From contig OX597828.1 in the NCBI GenBank assembly GCA_951406725.2, positions 52,266,001-52,330,000 of the forward strand: a stretch of 64,000 bases of DNA. Direction: 5' to 3'. The translations under genes were made by a program, and so were the position numbers. Shown here one piece after another: positions 41,311 to 54,727 of the stretch; position 1 is the stretch's first letter; each line of letters opens with the position of its first letter. The notes under the pieces are model-generated. The model made no database searches, was not told where the DNA came from, and worked only from the letters and a program-made list of their open reading frames with translations. The DNA is from Octopus vulgaris (taxonomy: Eukaryota).

Positions 41311-41445
41311 GGGAGAGTTTACGAAAAAAACAAAAGTCGAAGACAGGTGATGTACAAAACAAACAGATGTATTAGTATAACGCTCAGGAATAGAAAAAGT
41401 CTTTAACGTTTCGAGCCTACGCTCTTCTACAGAAAGGGACACACA
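41308..41445 (-). mobile_element. Second copy of Penelope-like end with hammerhead-like motif (41401-41436)
   Basis: Minus strand reads CTTT-CTGTAGA-A-GAGC-gtag-GCTC-GAAACGT-T-AAAG. Confidence 0.55.
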
Positions 41446-41531
41446 TATATATATAAGCAAAAATGCTAATTTCAAAATCTCTGTAAATTCAACGTGGTTG
41501 TCCATTCGGACGGACTCTACCGTGATTTTTT

Positions 41532-41653
41532 AACCCTGAGAGGACATCCCCTCTAGCTGGTTAACGAGGCACTGCTACACTCTCCCCTGCTGGCAATTTA
41601 TCCGATGCAGCTCGGCCTCGTTAACCAGATAGAGGAGATGTCTTCTTGGGGTT
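41532..41653 (+). repeat. 39-bp inverted repeat / long hairpin
   Basis: 41532-41570 pairs with 41615-41653: 34 Watson-Crick pairs, 3 G-U and 2 mismatches on the plus strand. Confidence 0.9.
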
Positions 41654-42538
41654 TAAGACATCTGACTACATGGAACCGACGTCAACTGAACTTCCATCCC
41701 ATTCAAATACAGGACACGTTGAAGCTTCCAATGACGCTTGCGTGTCAAGAGTGGTTTAGGATAAGGTCTAATTGCCAAGAGGTCTAATGATACAATATCA
41801 TTTGGCCATCCACTGACGTCACTGATTGTATCACTCAAGACATCCCAACATTAGCTAAACTTAGTACGGAAACAAAATCAGAGGCAAATCCGAATTAGTT
41901 TTTTAAGTCTTGCAAAACGTACAAAAATGAAGAGAAGAAACATGAAGTTAAGAAATACTTCAGTGAACTACGTTGAACCATGGCAATGTTGAATGCTCGA
42001 ACGAGATGGTTTGATTTCCATAACTTTCGGATCACTCATTGGTTTGGAGACTGCTGACATTGAAAGCTTCGCCTGTTGAATAATGCGACGGAGGCTGAAA
42101 AGAGAGAAAATGGAGCAAGTGCACATTTTTATCTAGACACTTGTTATTCATCTTTAAATCAGCATTTTAATGTGAATAGAATCACAATAGAATCACAATA
42201 GAATTTATCTTCGCATCCTTTCAGGGTGCGATTTAATCTTCTGTTCCTTTAAATCAATATTTATTTCTTTGAACCAAACTTAAAATCTTTGAAAAGCTTT
42301 TATTAGTACGGTAGACTGGTGAAGTCATTAGCGTGTTGGGTAAAATCCCTTGCGATAACTATATCGGCTCTTTTCTCTCTAGGTTCAAATCCCGCCGGTG
42401 TCAAATTTTCTTTTAGTTTTTCTAGTATCATCAAAACGTGATACCTGTGAAATATTGGGTTCGGTATAATTTATTTTCGTTCGTTAAAATTTCTGACATT
42501 GTGTCTATCTTAGGGGGAATTAATATTATAAAGGTTAA

Positions 42539-42752
42539 AGCAGCGTGCTGGCAGGATCGTTAGCACGCCGGATAAAATGCTTAGCGGCTTTCGTCCGTCT
42601 TTACTTTCTGATTTCAAATTCCGTTGCGGTCCACTTTGCTTTTTATCCCTTTCTGAGCCGATAAACTAAGAACCAGTTGAGTACTGGGGTCGATGTAATC
42701 GATTACCACCCACCTCCCGGAATTGCTGGCCTTGTGCCAAAACTTGAAACCA
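42539..42752 (+). mobile_element. SINE family A, decayed (older copy at about 42305-42510)
   Basis: GCTGGCAGGATCGTTAGCACGCCGG...ACTGGGGTCGATGTAATCGA. Confidence 0.8.
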
Positions 42753-43275
42753 ATATTTTATTTAAGGTTGCTGATGACAGAATCGGTTAAGAGCAACAAA
42801 ACGAATTCTTGGTCGTATTTAGTTTCATCTCTATAATCCCACCCATCACCAAATTTTTGCAATAATTTATTCAAAACTTGGTGGCGGAGGTGGTGGTGGT
42901 GGGAATTGAACGTGGTGCTGGTGGGGACTGTATGTGGTGGTGGTGTGGATTGTACGTGGTGGTGGTGGTGGAAGTTGCGACGTCGATAGCGGTTTTAGTA
43001 TTCTTAGCTGTAGAATCTGTACTGAGGTAGATGTTAATGGTGACGAAGGTGGTGATGATGGTGATGATATCAGTGGTGCCATTAATGTTGCCGATAGAGC
43101 AGTTCCGGCAGAGGTAGAGGTGGTTCCACCGACACTAATGTTTAGTTGGTTGTTCACGGGCAGTGAGTAGTATTGGTGGTGATGGTGGTGGTGGTAGTGG
43201 TGGTGGTGGTGGTGGTGATATAGCGGTTGTGGTAGAAGTAGTAATGGTGCTTTATACAATATACCATTCCGCCAG

Positions 43276-43344
43276 TCCGCCATCTTGCCAGCGAGCCAAC
43301 CAGCCGAGCTTAATCTCGATCCATCAATGGATTAGCGGTGCGTG
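43276..43344 (+). other. Candidate 69-nt exon with consensus GTAAGT donor
   Basis: ccattccgccAG acceptor (weak), TG|GTAAGT donor at 43345, open in phase 2 (PPSCQRANQPSLISIHQWISGA). No homology recognised. Confidence 0.3.
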
Positions 43345-43912
43345 GTAAGTAAGCGCATTAGTCATGTGACCATGATCTCATCGCACCAACCGGAAGCTGC
43401 GTGTGAACGTCCGTTCCATTCAGCCCTCCCACCTTTAGCGCTACCACCATCACCATCACTATATACGAACTCCTGTCCTCACCACGAGACGTGAGCGGAT
43501 GTGGGTGACAAGGGGCCTTCACAAATGTTATTGATCTTCTTCTACTTCAATTACTTCAGAGATTTTTTCCCCTTTTCATTCCTCCATTTTTTTCATTCAC
43601 CATTTTCTCTTCTTCGCTTATTCCTTCCTCTATTTATTGTTTCATATTTTAACTTCATTCGTTTATTTCATTTTTTTTTTCTTTTGTTCATACATTCATC
43701 TATTTTTTTATTCATTTCATTCATCCCATCCTTTCTTCCTTTATTCCATTGCCTGCGAATTTCATTCATATACGCATTAACTTTAAAATCATCCATTTAC
43801 TTACTCATTACTTCATCTGTTTTTCATTCATTATTTCTATTTTTTCACAACTTATATCATTTATCTCACTAATTCTTTCTTTCTTTTCTGAATCTATTTA
43901 TATAATCATATC

Positions 43913-44311
43913 TCTTTTTTACTCTTTTACTTGTTTCAGTCATTTGACTGCGGCCATGCTGGAGCACCGCCTTTAGTCGAGCAAATCGACCCCGGAACTT
44001 ATTCTTTGTAAGCCCAATATTTATTCTATCGGTCTCTTATGCCGAACCGCTAAGTAACGGGGAAATAAACACACCAGCATCGGTTGTCAAGCAATGCTAG
44101 GGGGACAAACACAGACACACAAACATACACACAAATACATATATATATACATATATGCGACAGGCTTCTTTCAGTTCCCGTCTACCAAATCCACTCACAA
44201 GGCATTGGTCGGCCCGAGGCTATAGTAGAAGACACTTGCCCAAGATGCCACGCAGTGGGACTGAACCCGGGACCATGTGGTTGGTTAGCAAGCTACTTAC
44301 CACACAGCCAC
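43913..44311 (-). mobile_element. Full-length SINE family B
   Basis: Highly similar to 30876-31280. Confidence 0.93.
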
Positions 44312-45406
44312 TAATTTTAGTCAATTTTTTTTTTATTGCTTCCATTCCAGCGTTCCATCCTTCACATATTTATTCATGCTACTTTTACTCGTTCATTGAA
44401 TAGACATTAAAAAAAACAACAGCTTTCTATATTCGTTCAATATAGGTTTTAAAATTTTATCTTCTCTTATTCCATTTCTTTATTTTTCATTTCACTTTAA
44501 ACCTCTTTCACTGTCACCTACTCATTCGCTTATTAAAGCTTCCATTTTCTCAACTACTCCACTCATTCATTACCATTAATATTTCAACTCATTTTCTCTC
44601 ATTTATTTAGTTTATTCCATACATTCTTTCTTTCATTCATTCATTCATTCAATAATCATTCTTGCTATTCATTCACTGTCGAAAGCGGTAAGGTGACGGT
44701 GTCGATAGAACTTTGAACGAAGTACCTTGTGGTATTTCTTATCATTCTGTACTTAGTTCAAATCCCACCGAAGTAAAGTTTGCCTTTCATCTGTCTGTGG
44801 TCGACGAAACAAAGTGTCAGTTATACACTGGAGTTTTTTTATCCCCATATTCTCAAAACTCCTAGAAATGCCCTAGAATTGTTATTCATTCACTATTTCA
44901 CTTGCCCCCTCGTTCGTAAGTCTCCACTCCGTATTTTTTTCTAGGTTTAGGGATAACATGGCTAATTATATTTTAATCATCTCCATGTATACTGCAGGAA
45001 ATGTATTCTGCTTCATTATATAAACTTTTGGTGGATTTGGGTGAAGAAGCTGTGGTCTTATGCCACAATAGAAAATTTTGTCAGTCTCGGCTTTAAGCCC
45101 TTCATTTATCAAACAGTGATGCAATTTTCCTTATTCAGTTCCTCTATGTTTAACATTTTTATATATTGGCCACATTGAGGGCTTTACTTACCTTCATGGT
45201 ATTCTTTGAACTTGATTTTAGCTTAGTTTTTACCTTTCAACAATTCTTGTTTTCCTTTTTCTTTTCTTCTTTTCATCCTCAATAATATATCCCTGATTAT
45301 TGAGAATGAAAAGAGCAAAAAGAAGAAAATGCTTCGTTGTGTAAAAAACATGAAAATTTAGCCTCTGCTTTGCCATTTTTATTCATTTATCATTATTATT
45401 ATTGTT

Positions 45407-45962
45407 GAGTGAGAGAGCAGTGCATGCCATCAAAGTGACACTGGGGTAAAATATACGAAGCCCACTATACCCATCATGACTACCCATCTGATAAAGGTAC
45501 ACTAGGCACATGCATCACAACCGTATGTGTGCGACATAGCGATCTTATATCAAGATAAACATTGCATGACTTTGCAGGTGGGGCCCAGTAAGAATTTTCT
45601 TCATGTCGAGTAACCCATCCCGCTGAAGAGGTCCCTGAATAAGGGTTGTTTAAGGATGTTGAATGAAACACCCATGTTTCCAGAGGTGAATTATTCAAAC
45701 CCCAAAGAATCCCTCTCAACACATGGCTATGATGCTCCCCCACTACTTCTGCTCGTGATCAGAGATGCACATATCCTCAGCAACTAAGGGACATACTCAA
45801 CTGGTTAAGGTCAAACAACTGACAAGCAAATCTGTGATATTGAGCAGAATATTTGCTGTAGCCCATCTTTTATACCAAGACAAAACAATGTACATGATAA
45901 CACTTCCGATCAGTTAAGTTCAGAAGCTACGAGATCCACTGCCTTGTACTGCATCAGGGCAT
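45407..45962. mobile_element. Family C interspersed element, full copy
   Basis: Colinear with 13446-13991; flanked by (ATT)n. Confidence 0.9.
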
Positions 45963-45971
45963 TTATTATTA

Positions 45972-46042
<71 letters not shown>

Positions 46043-46081
46043 TTATTATTATTATATGTGTATTATGTATTTGTGTGTGTG

Positions 46082-46378
46082 TCTTTTACACTTTTGCTTG
46101 TTTCAGTTATCTGACGGCAGCCAAGGCGGAGCACCGTTTTAAAGGGTTTTAGTCGAAGAAATCGACCCCAGGAATTGTTCTTTGTAAGCCTAGTACTTAA
46201 TCTATCGGTCACGGTTGCAGAACAGTTAACTACAGAGACATAAACACATCCGCATTGGTTGTCAAGCGATGGTGGGCGAAAAAACACACACACAAAGACA
46301 CACACACACGCGCATACATGCATACATGCATATATACATATAAATATATATATATATGTACATATGTATGTATATATG

Positions 46379-46430
<52 letters not shown>

Positions 46431-46453
46431 AACACGCATGTATATATATATAG

Positions 46454-46518
<65 letters not shown>

Positions 46519-46678
46519 ACCGGATTCTTTCAGTTTCTGTCTACCAAATCCACTTACAAGGCTTTGGTCAGCCCGAGGTCTGAGGCTATAGTAGAAGACA
46601 CTTATCCAAGGACACCACACAGTGAGACTGAACCCCAAACCATGTGGTTGGGAAGCAAGTCTCTTACCATACAGCCAT
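46082..46678 (-). mobile_element. SINE family B with expanded internal (TA)n
   Basis: Head and tail recognisable on the minus strand. Confidence 0.85.
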
Positions 46679-47344
46679 TTCTTTTTTTTTTTTTTGTAGC
46701 CGAAACCAGTTTTGTTGTTCATGATTCGTTACCATTTATTTTAATATTCGATGCTTCTCTCTTAGAAATGCTTGAAGGCCTATACCGGATATTAATCCAT
46801 ACTGAATATTAATCCATACTGAATATTAATCCATACTGAATATTAAATCCATAGTGGATATTATATGATTTACTGAACATTATACAATAGTTTCGTAGTT
46901 TGTCAAACGTCGCTGCCATTTTGTATTCAGGGTAAACATAATCTTTCTGTCAGATTAAAGAAGATATATTCTAATTGCAGTCATTATGGCGGTTTATGTA
47001 TTAGGAGAATTGTGTCTAATGACAAATACACCAACAAACGAATATGCTAATGAGTGTGTTGTGGGCGGTGTACGGCACTTAATGTTCATGTGGTAATGTG
47101 TGTGTGTGTGTGTACAGATTGCGTGTAAGAGTGTTGGCCGCGTGTGTGTTTGTGTGTACAGGTTTGTGTATGTGTTTGCGTATGTGTGCTGTGTGTGTAT
47201 GTATGTGTGTTGTATGCGTGAATGTGTAATGTGGTCATTATGTGCATGTATGTATGTGTATATGTGTGTGTACTTGTGTGTATAAGTGTACTGTTAATTT
47301 GTATAACTTCATGTGTGTATACATGTACCTATGTGTATACATAC

Positions 47345-47418
<74 letters not shown>

Positions 47419-48184
47419 GTATATATACATATACATATGTATGTAAAAATATGTGTGTGTAGATGTGTATGTGGATATATGAGTATAGTGATCGTGGAAA
47501 TGATTATCTTTCTGTCTGTATGTATACGGTTATGTACAAGTTCGTGTACGTGTGTGTCTGTGCCTGTGTGCGTACGTGCATGTGTGAGCCGCGTTCGTGT
47601 ATGTGTTTGTGTGTGTGTGCTTGTGTGTGTATATGTGTGTGCCTGCGTGCCTGCGTGCCTGCGTGTGTACGAGCACTTTATTATGAAAATAATGAATTCA
47701 ATCAGTGTTACTTTGTTTAACACACTCAGGTTTATCAGACATAACTGATCGATATCGACTGATCAATAATGAACTGATCGATATTGTTTGAAGCTCTCAT
47801 AAAAAGCGCTCTGTGTCTGTTTAAGAAAACAATAAACGTGTGTCCCAAGGCTGTACCACACCTCCACGTGGCTCTGCTCTCACCACACACTTGACCGCCC
47901 ACCCCGAACCCCACATCGAACCACACCACTCAGCACCAACCTCCACCACGTTTGACCGCACTTCATTATTGCCATGCTATATCACACCCACCCCACTTCC
48001 TGCTCTTCACCACTAAACATCACGTCGCCTCCCACTGGAGCAACGCCACTGCACCACACTATACCACACCAACTCAAACATGACCACCCCGCATTAATAT
48101 TTCATTTAGATTCTTCCGCCACTGAGCGCCATTTAATACAATGCAAATAAAAAAAAGAGAAAGAAAACAAAAATGATTTCAAAG

Positions 48185-48528
48185 GTTGGCACAAGGCCAG
48201 CAATATCGACACCAATCTTCAACTGGTAACTATTTTATCGATCTCGGAAGAATGAAAGGCAAAGTCAGCCTCGGCAGAATTTGAAATCCGAACTCAAAGA
48301 CGGACGAATAATAATCTTTCTACTAAAAGCACAAGGCTCGAAATTTGAGGTGAGAGGTTAAGTCGATCACATCAACCCCAGTGCTCAACTGGTACTTAAT
48401 TTATCGACCCCGAAAGTGATGAAAGGCAAAGCCGAACTAGGCGGAATTTGAACTCTGAACGTAAAGATAGACGAAGTGCCGCTCAGCATTATACTCGAAG
48501 TGCTAACGATTCTGCCAGCTCGTTGCCT
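48185..48528 (-). mobile_element. Two SINE family A copies
   Basis: ACTGGTACTTAATTTATCGACCCCGAAA...GGCGGAATTTGAACTC. Confidence 0.85.
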
Positions 48529-48881
48529 TAAAGACGGACGACTACTAATAATAATAACAACAGAAAACAAATCGCAACCAAAAACTCCGTCAGATCATGC
48601 CTAACTGTTAGCCCCAAACGCCCTTAATAAACGAGATGGTCATGATTAGACTCCCCTTGACTATCATTCTTATTAATTAGGATTCGCCATGGGCTACACA
48701 ACAACAAGACGTTAATTGTATAGCTCCACAGCAATCAACATTTGTCAGCACGTTACACTGTGCAACAAGGTAGCGCAATGATACTGTTGCACATACTGTA
48801 ATATATTCTAACTCTATTATGTCTTACTACGGTGTGCTACAAACACACTGCAACATACATTATAATGTACACTAATTATAT

Positions 48882-49470
48882 TCTTTTCTACTCTAGGCAC
48901 AAGGCCCGAAATTTTGGGGGAGAAGGCCAGTCAATTAGATTGACCCCATTACGCAACTAGTACTTAATTTATCGAACCCGAAAAGAGGAAAAGCAAAGTC
49001 GACCTCGGCGGAATTTGAACTCAGAATGTAAAGGCAGACGACATACTTATTTCTTTACTACCTACAAGGCTGCTGAACATAGAGGGAACAAACAAGGACA
49101 GACAAACGGATTAAGTCGATTATATCGACCCCAGTGCGTAATTGGTACTTATTTAATCGACCCTGAAAGGATGAAAGGCAAAGTCGACCTCGGCGGAATT
49201 TGAACTCAGAACGTAGCGGCAGACGAAATACCTATTTCTTTATTACCCACAAAGGGCTAAACATAGAGGAGACAAACATGGACAGACATAGGTATTAAGT
49301 CGATTATATCGACCCCAGTGCTTAACTGGTACTTAATTTATCGACCCCGAAAGGATGAAAGGCAAAGTCGACCTCGGCGGAATTTGAACTCACAACGTAA
49401 CGGCAGCCGATTTTTTTTTTTTTTTTTTACGCATTTCGCCCGAAATGCTAACGTTTCTGCAAGTTCACTG
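48882..49470 (-). mobile_element. SINE family A trimer
   Basis: Three core units plus head. Confidence 0.92.
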
Positions 49471-50087
49471 TCTTTGCACACTAATTGTACTACATTATTC
49501 AAGTCTGTACACCAACTATACTACAGTATTATATACAATAATATACAACGTACCCCAAACTACACCAAAAAATTACATCATCCATAAGAGCACCCCAACT
49601 GAACTCCACCATATACACCAATATACGGTAAGTATACTAACCTCATATGCTACTAATAAAGTCGACAATAGCACATACTAAACTACAAGTGGCTCCAACT
49701 AGGCTACATAATTACATTGATTTGATATTCGACAAACCAGTCCACATCATGCTCTACAACACAAGAACAGAAACCTCATCACCTGCACCTCCTCCACCAT
49801 AACCACCACTATCACCACCACCAAAAGCAGTAGCAGCATAACCACAACTCATTGCTATGGACAACCCACATAGGCAAGCGACCACGCCCTTCTAAGTTCG
49901 TTCCCTGTTACAATAAAAACAATACAGATATCATGGTGCGTAGGTGTGTGTGAGTGTGTGTGTATGTGTGTGTATAAATATATGTACATACATACATTCA
50001 TACATACATACACACACACACATATATACATACTCGCATGCATACACACATACATATATACACTCACACATACACACACATATCTAT

Positions 50088-50818
50088 ATATAAAATTAAA
50101 GAAATTGGAGTCAACATGAAGGAGTACAATTGAACAGTTATTTTTTAATCACTACAATTGTTTCCACATAACGTGTTTCTCTAAAAAGAAAGGTATTGAA
50201 TTATGCAAGTATTTGTTTGCATAATGAAATCCAGTTGTGCTTCCTCGGGTGATATTCAAATGTTGTCTCCGTTAGTTTAAAATCTTTGACTTCAAGGCCA
50301 TTCAACCCGTTCGCCTTGGCTTGAATTCAGTAGCAGTTGGTAGATTAATATTGTTTGATGCTAGAGTATGTTCGCTGGATTGCAATGAGGATGGCTGTTT
50401 TGGTACCAGCTGATCGCTTTACTGTTCCGACCACTGAATGCTGAAGGTCAGCTAGTAGAATTCGCATGTGCTGCCAACCAGGAAAAACAGGTCAGCGATC
50501 AGCCGATACCAAAACAGCCATCCACTACCAGTCATAGCAGCCACCAAACAACATGAATCTACTAACTGCTTCTTTTAAGTTCAAACCAAGAAGGACGGAT
50601 ATGGGATGGCGTTGAAGTCGAAGATTCTAAATGAACGGAGACAACACTTGAATTTGACCTGAGGAAACACAACTGGATCTCATTATGCAAACAAACAGTT
50701 GCATAATCAAATACCTGTAATTTTGGAGAACCACGCTGAGTGGAAAACACTGTTGTGATTAAAAATAACTGTCTAACCGTACTCCGTTTTGTTGACTCCA
50801 ATTTCTTTAATTTTATAT
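50088..50818. mobile_element. ~730-bp imperfect foldback; probable inverted Penelope-like terminal repeats
   Basis: 50088-50418 is the diverged reverse complement of 50494-50818. Each arm carries a hammerhead-like core. Confidence 0.85.
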
Positions 50819-50966
50819 TCACACACGACGAATACCCAAACACAAACCTAGAAGTATATAATAGTGTTACCAGATAGTACTGAGTAATTCTCGGTGAACG
50901 AACTATATACTGCACTCTGCCACGTTTCTAAGGATATATACATACATACATACATACATACATACA

Positions 50967-51014
<48 letters not shown>

Positions 51015-51205
51015 CAGAGGGACAACTGAAGAAGGGGAATATTCCTTGTGTTGTATGTCTTGGACTCTGTTGGTTTCGTTTCTCATTGTGTTCAACGTTT
51101 TTTGATGTCATATACCCATATATGCATGTATATGTACATATATATCATATATATGTACGTATGAACATATATGTATGTATATATGCATATATTTATATAT
51201 ATATA

Positions 51206-51423
51206 TGAGGCGTTGCTGAAAAGTTTCTGGGTTTGGGTAAAAGAAAAAGCGGGAGGATCAGTCAATTATGATTTTATTCAATATACTCCGCTCTCAGATT
51301 CACACATTTATTGCAGCGGTCCCTCAGTTTTTGTAAACCCTGTAAAAGAATTCAGAAGTTTGGGCCTCAAACGAGGCCTTTCGCGCTAGCTTTGTAACCA
51401 GGAACTTTTCAGCTCCCCATCCG
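51206..51423. mobile_element. Mariner-derived MITE / internal deletion derivative
   Basis: Imperfect TIRs GCTGAAAAGTTTCTGG / CCAGGAACTTTTCAGC with TA flanks. Confidence 0.65.
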
Positions 51424-52017
51424 TATATTATAACTCTAAGTTTCCGATTTTCAGTACTCAGAGTTTCTCGTTTCCCCTCATCAGCAGGTAAACTGAGCTG
51501 GGTTTTCTTTACAAATATCCGCTGCTGTATGGTCTTTGAAATATGAAATGAAAGTAGTGCAAACCGGAGTCTTTTAGTTTTAACCCATTAAAGACTACAC
51601 GACATTTCTATTGAGTCCTAATTTTTTTAAAGCCTGCTACTTATTCCAGCGATGCCTTTGAGCGAACCGCTAAGTTACGGGGATGCAAACACACTAACAC
51701 CGGTTGCAAGCGGTGCTGGTGGCGGTGGCGGTGGTGGTGTTGGTTGGACAAACACAAACTCAAACATCCACACAGACACACACATAGCCACGTCTTTACA
51801 TACATACATACATATATACACACATACATACATACATACATACATACATACATACATACATACATACATACATACATGCATACCTACCTACATACATACA
51901 TACATACATACATACATACATACATACATACATACATACATACATACATACATACATACATACATACATACATACATACATACATACATACATACATACA
52001 TACATACATACATACAT

Positions 52018-52260
52018 AAAAGCTCTACCTGCGACGATTTCATCTCAATCGAAGGAGAGGAGCTTTCTCCGTCCGGGTTGCGGATCCGTGGAACAAGCTG
52101 CCAGACGAGATGGTGAAGATGCCGACGACCGCTTTGTTCAAAGCCTCCCTGGACCTCAAGTGGCCTGAACTCTTTACATGAACACCACCCTGTACTTAAC
52201 TCCATGTCCCCCTACATGGCCTTGCTATTTGCTTTTGAGCCAAATTAACTAACTAACTAA
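52018..52260 (+). mobile_element. 5'-truncated CR1-like LINE 3' end inserted in (CATA)n
   Basis: 52020-52181 reads KLYLRRFHLNRRRGAFSVRVADPWNKLPDEMVKMPTTALFKASLDLKWPELFT* (FS.RV...WN.LP...V.......FK..LD motif), then a short UTR and (AACT)n tail. Confidence 0.88.
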
Positions 52261-52294
52261 CATACATACATACATACATACATACATACATACA

Positions 52295-52325
<31 letters not shown>

Positions 52326-53454
52326 GTATGTACGTACATACATACACACACACATACATCGTCATCATCATAATCATCATCATCATGAAAATTGTTGCAG
52401 CTTTTAGTTCTTGCTAAAGTTGAATCTTTTATTATTGAAGTTGTTATTGTTCGTATTATTTCATTATTATTGTTTGTATTATTTTGTTATTGTTGTTGGT
52501 TATATTGTTAATATGGATGTTATTGTAGTTTATTTGTTTTTTGTTGTCAGAAATATTTTCCAACTTATTCTTATTTTCAATGCTAATGGTGCTATTGTTT
52601 TTTGTTGTTGTTGTTATTTTTATTGCTGTTGTTTTTGCTGCCATTGTTATTTTTGATTGTATATAATCGATTTTGTTATGGCTACTATATTGATGATGAT
52701 AATGATGATGGCGATGACGATGATGAAGTAGAGGGGAAGGACGTGGAGGAGGAGGAGGGGAAGGACGTGGAGGAGGAGGAGGGGAAACGGAGAAAAGGAG
52801 AACGGTGATCGCGATGATGATGATGATGACGACGACGATTGTGATGACGATGACAGTGGAGTTGGTGTTGATGTTGGTGATGGTGGTGATAATGATCACG
52901 ACAACGACGATGATGATGATGATGGCAGTGGTAATGACGGTTGTGGTGTAGATGTTGCTGATAATGATGATAATGATGTTGACGATAATGATGATGCTGA
53001 TGATGATGATGGCAATGGTGGCGGTCGTGGTGGTGGTGGTCTTGGTGGTGCTGGTGATGGTGCGTTCTGAGGCCAATGTGTCAGCCTTTTTCAACTAAAC
53101 GTAAAGCTACCTTTCAAGTCTCTTCTTGTGTCCCTTAATGATCGTTTAACTGATGTAGCCAGAGCCACTGCTTACAACTCAACTCAAAATAATACTGCGG
53201 CTCTGGATTGTGGTTCTAGATTTTGGAATCGAACGTATTTGCGACAAGATCGTTTCATGCAATAGACAGGCATCAAGGCCAGGTTGTGGGTCCACTCGTA
53301 CTTTTTGAATTCCACACAAACTGGGAATCAAGGCCGGTCTAGCGATCTTTGAGGGGAATGAGATTATTTTGCACATTGTACATTAACTCTGGTTCTAACA
53401 AGCTGTGAACAACCTTTCGGATCATTAACAACTATTGTTAAATCGATCAGTATG

Positions 53455-53930
53455 GATATGTCGTTGAGAAGCTCCCTTTCCAAATATGTGATCTTTGGTT
53501 CAATCCCACAGCGCGACAGCTTGAACAAATGTCTTCTACGGGTCATCCAAATATTTGTGAGTGGTTTTCGTGAAAGGAAAGTAAAAGAATCCCGTCACAT
53601 ATACATATGAAGTGTGCACATACATATGTATATATATGTGTGTGTGTGTATGTGTGTGTGTGTGTGCGTGTGTGTGTGTGCTTGTGTATGTATGAGTATA
53701 TATTTATGTGTATGTGTGTCTTTGTATTAACGTTTGTAGCTCACTCCTTTGAAAATCGGTACTGGTATATTTACGCCCACGTAATTAGCGGTTCGGCAAA
53801 AGAAACCGATAGAATAAATATCCAGCCTAAAAGTAAAAGAAAAAGATACTGGAGCCGAGTTGCTCGATTAAACCCTTGAAAACGATGCACTAGCATGGCC
53901 GCACTCCAATGAGGGAAACAAATAAAACAG
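53455..53930 (+). mobile_element. Old SINE family B copy
   Basis: Degenerate head and TAGCGGTTCGGCAAAAGAAACCGATAGAATAA tail. Confidence 0.7.
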
Positions 53931-54099
53931 TCAAAGGTAAAAATAGAAAAACAGTAACAATGATCTCTGCTGCAAGTTTGTCTCAGTTATTGAGCCAATG
54001 ATTGTTCCATTTGATAGGACAGAAAGAAAATATTTGAAAGCGGGGGGATTTCTAAAGATTTATTAGATTAGGGAAAGAAGGATGGCCGAAATCATTTAC

Positions 54100-54185
54100 A
54101 GTAATCCCTCGCCATATTGCGGTTCATTTATCGCGGTTCACCTATCGCGGTTTATTATTTCAAGCTTAAGTCGATTCCTCCGTGC
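54100..54185 (+). mobile_element. Tc1/pogo (Tigger-like) terminus fragment
   Basis: TA|CAGTAATCCCTCG followed by repeated ATCGCGGTT. The other end was not found. Confidence 0.45.
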
Positions 54186-54679
54186 TATTGCTTTGCATTT
54201 ATAATAAAATAAATATATGCATATTATATTTTTAAAATAGGAGTGGGTATGTGGTAAGATTAACTAAGACCTGATACTTAATTATATACTTATATGTTAT
54301 TGTTGCATGTTATTATGATAGCGAAAGATTGTATTCGATATAAACGAGTTTGGTTTAATATTATTTGAGATATATACAAATATATTTCGATTGTTGTAGA
54401 TTCTAAAACATAATAAATTCTTACTTAATTATTTTGTCCGTTATAATTTTGTGGTTTTTTAATTGTAATTGATATGTAGATGGATGGCTAACGCTTACGC
54501 TCATAATACATTGGCATTTGAATTAGTTTTTTTACAATCCAGCTGTCCTTTCACACGGAATTTCGCGTTTTTTCAAACCATTGGATCGGATGAGGCTTAT
54601 ATAAGGGAATTGAATTGTTTATATATGTAAAAAATGTAAATAAGTGGCAAAAAAATCTGTAAACTTTTTGACTTTTTAA

Positions 54680-54727
<48 letters not shown>

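Noticed and set aside
46790-46850. ATTAATCCATACTGAAT x3
   Set aside because: Simple 17-bp tandem slippage with no spacers; not CRISPR-like.
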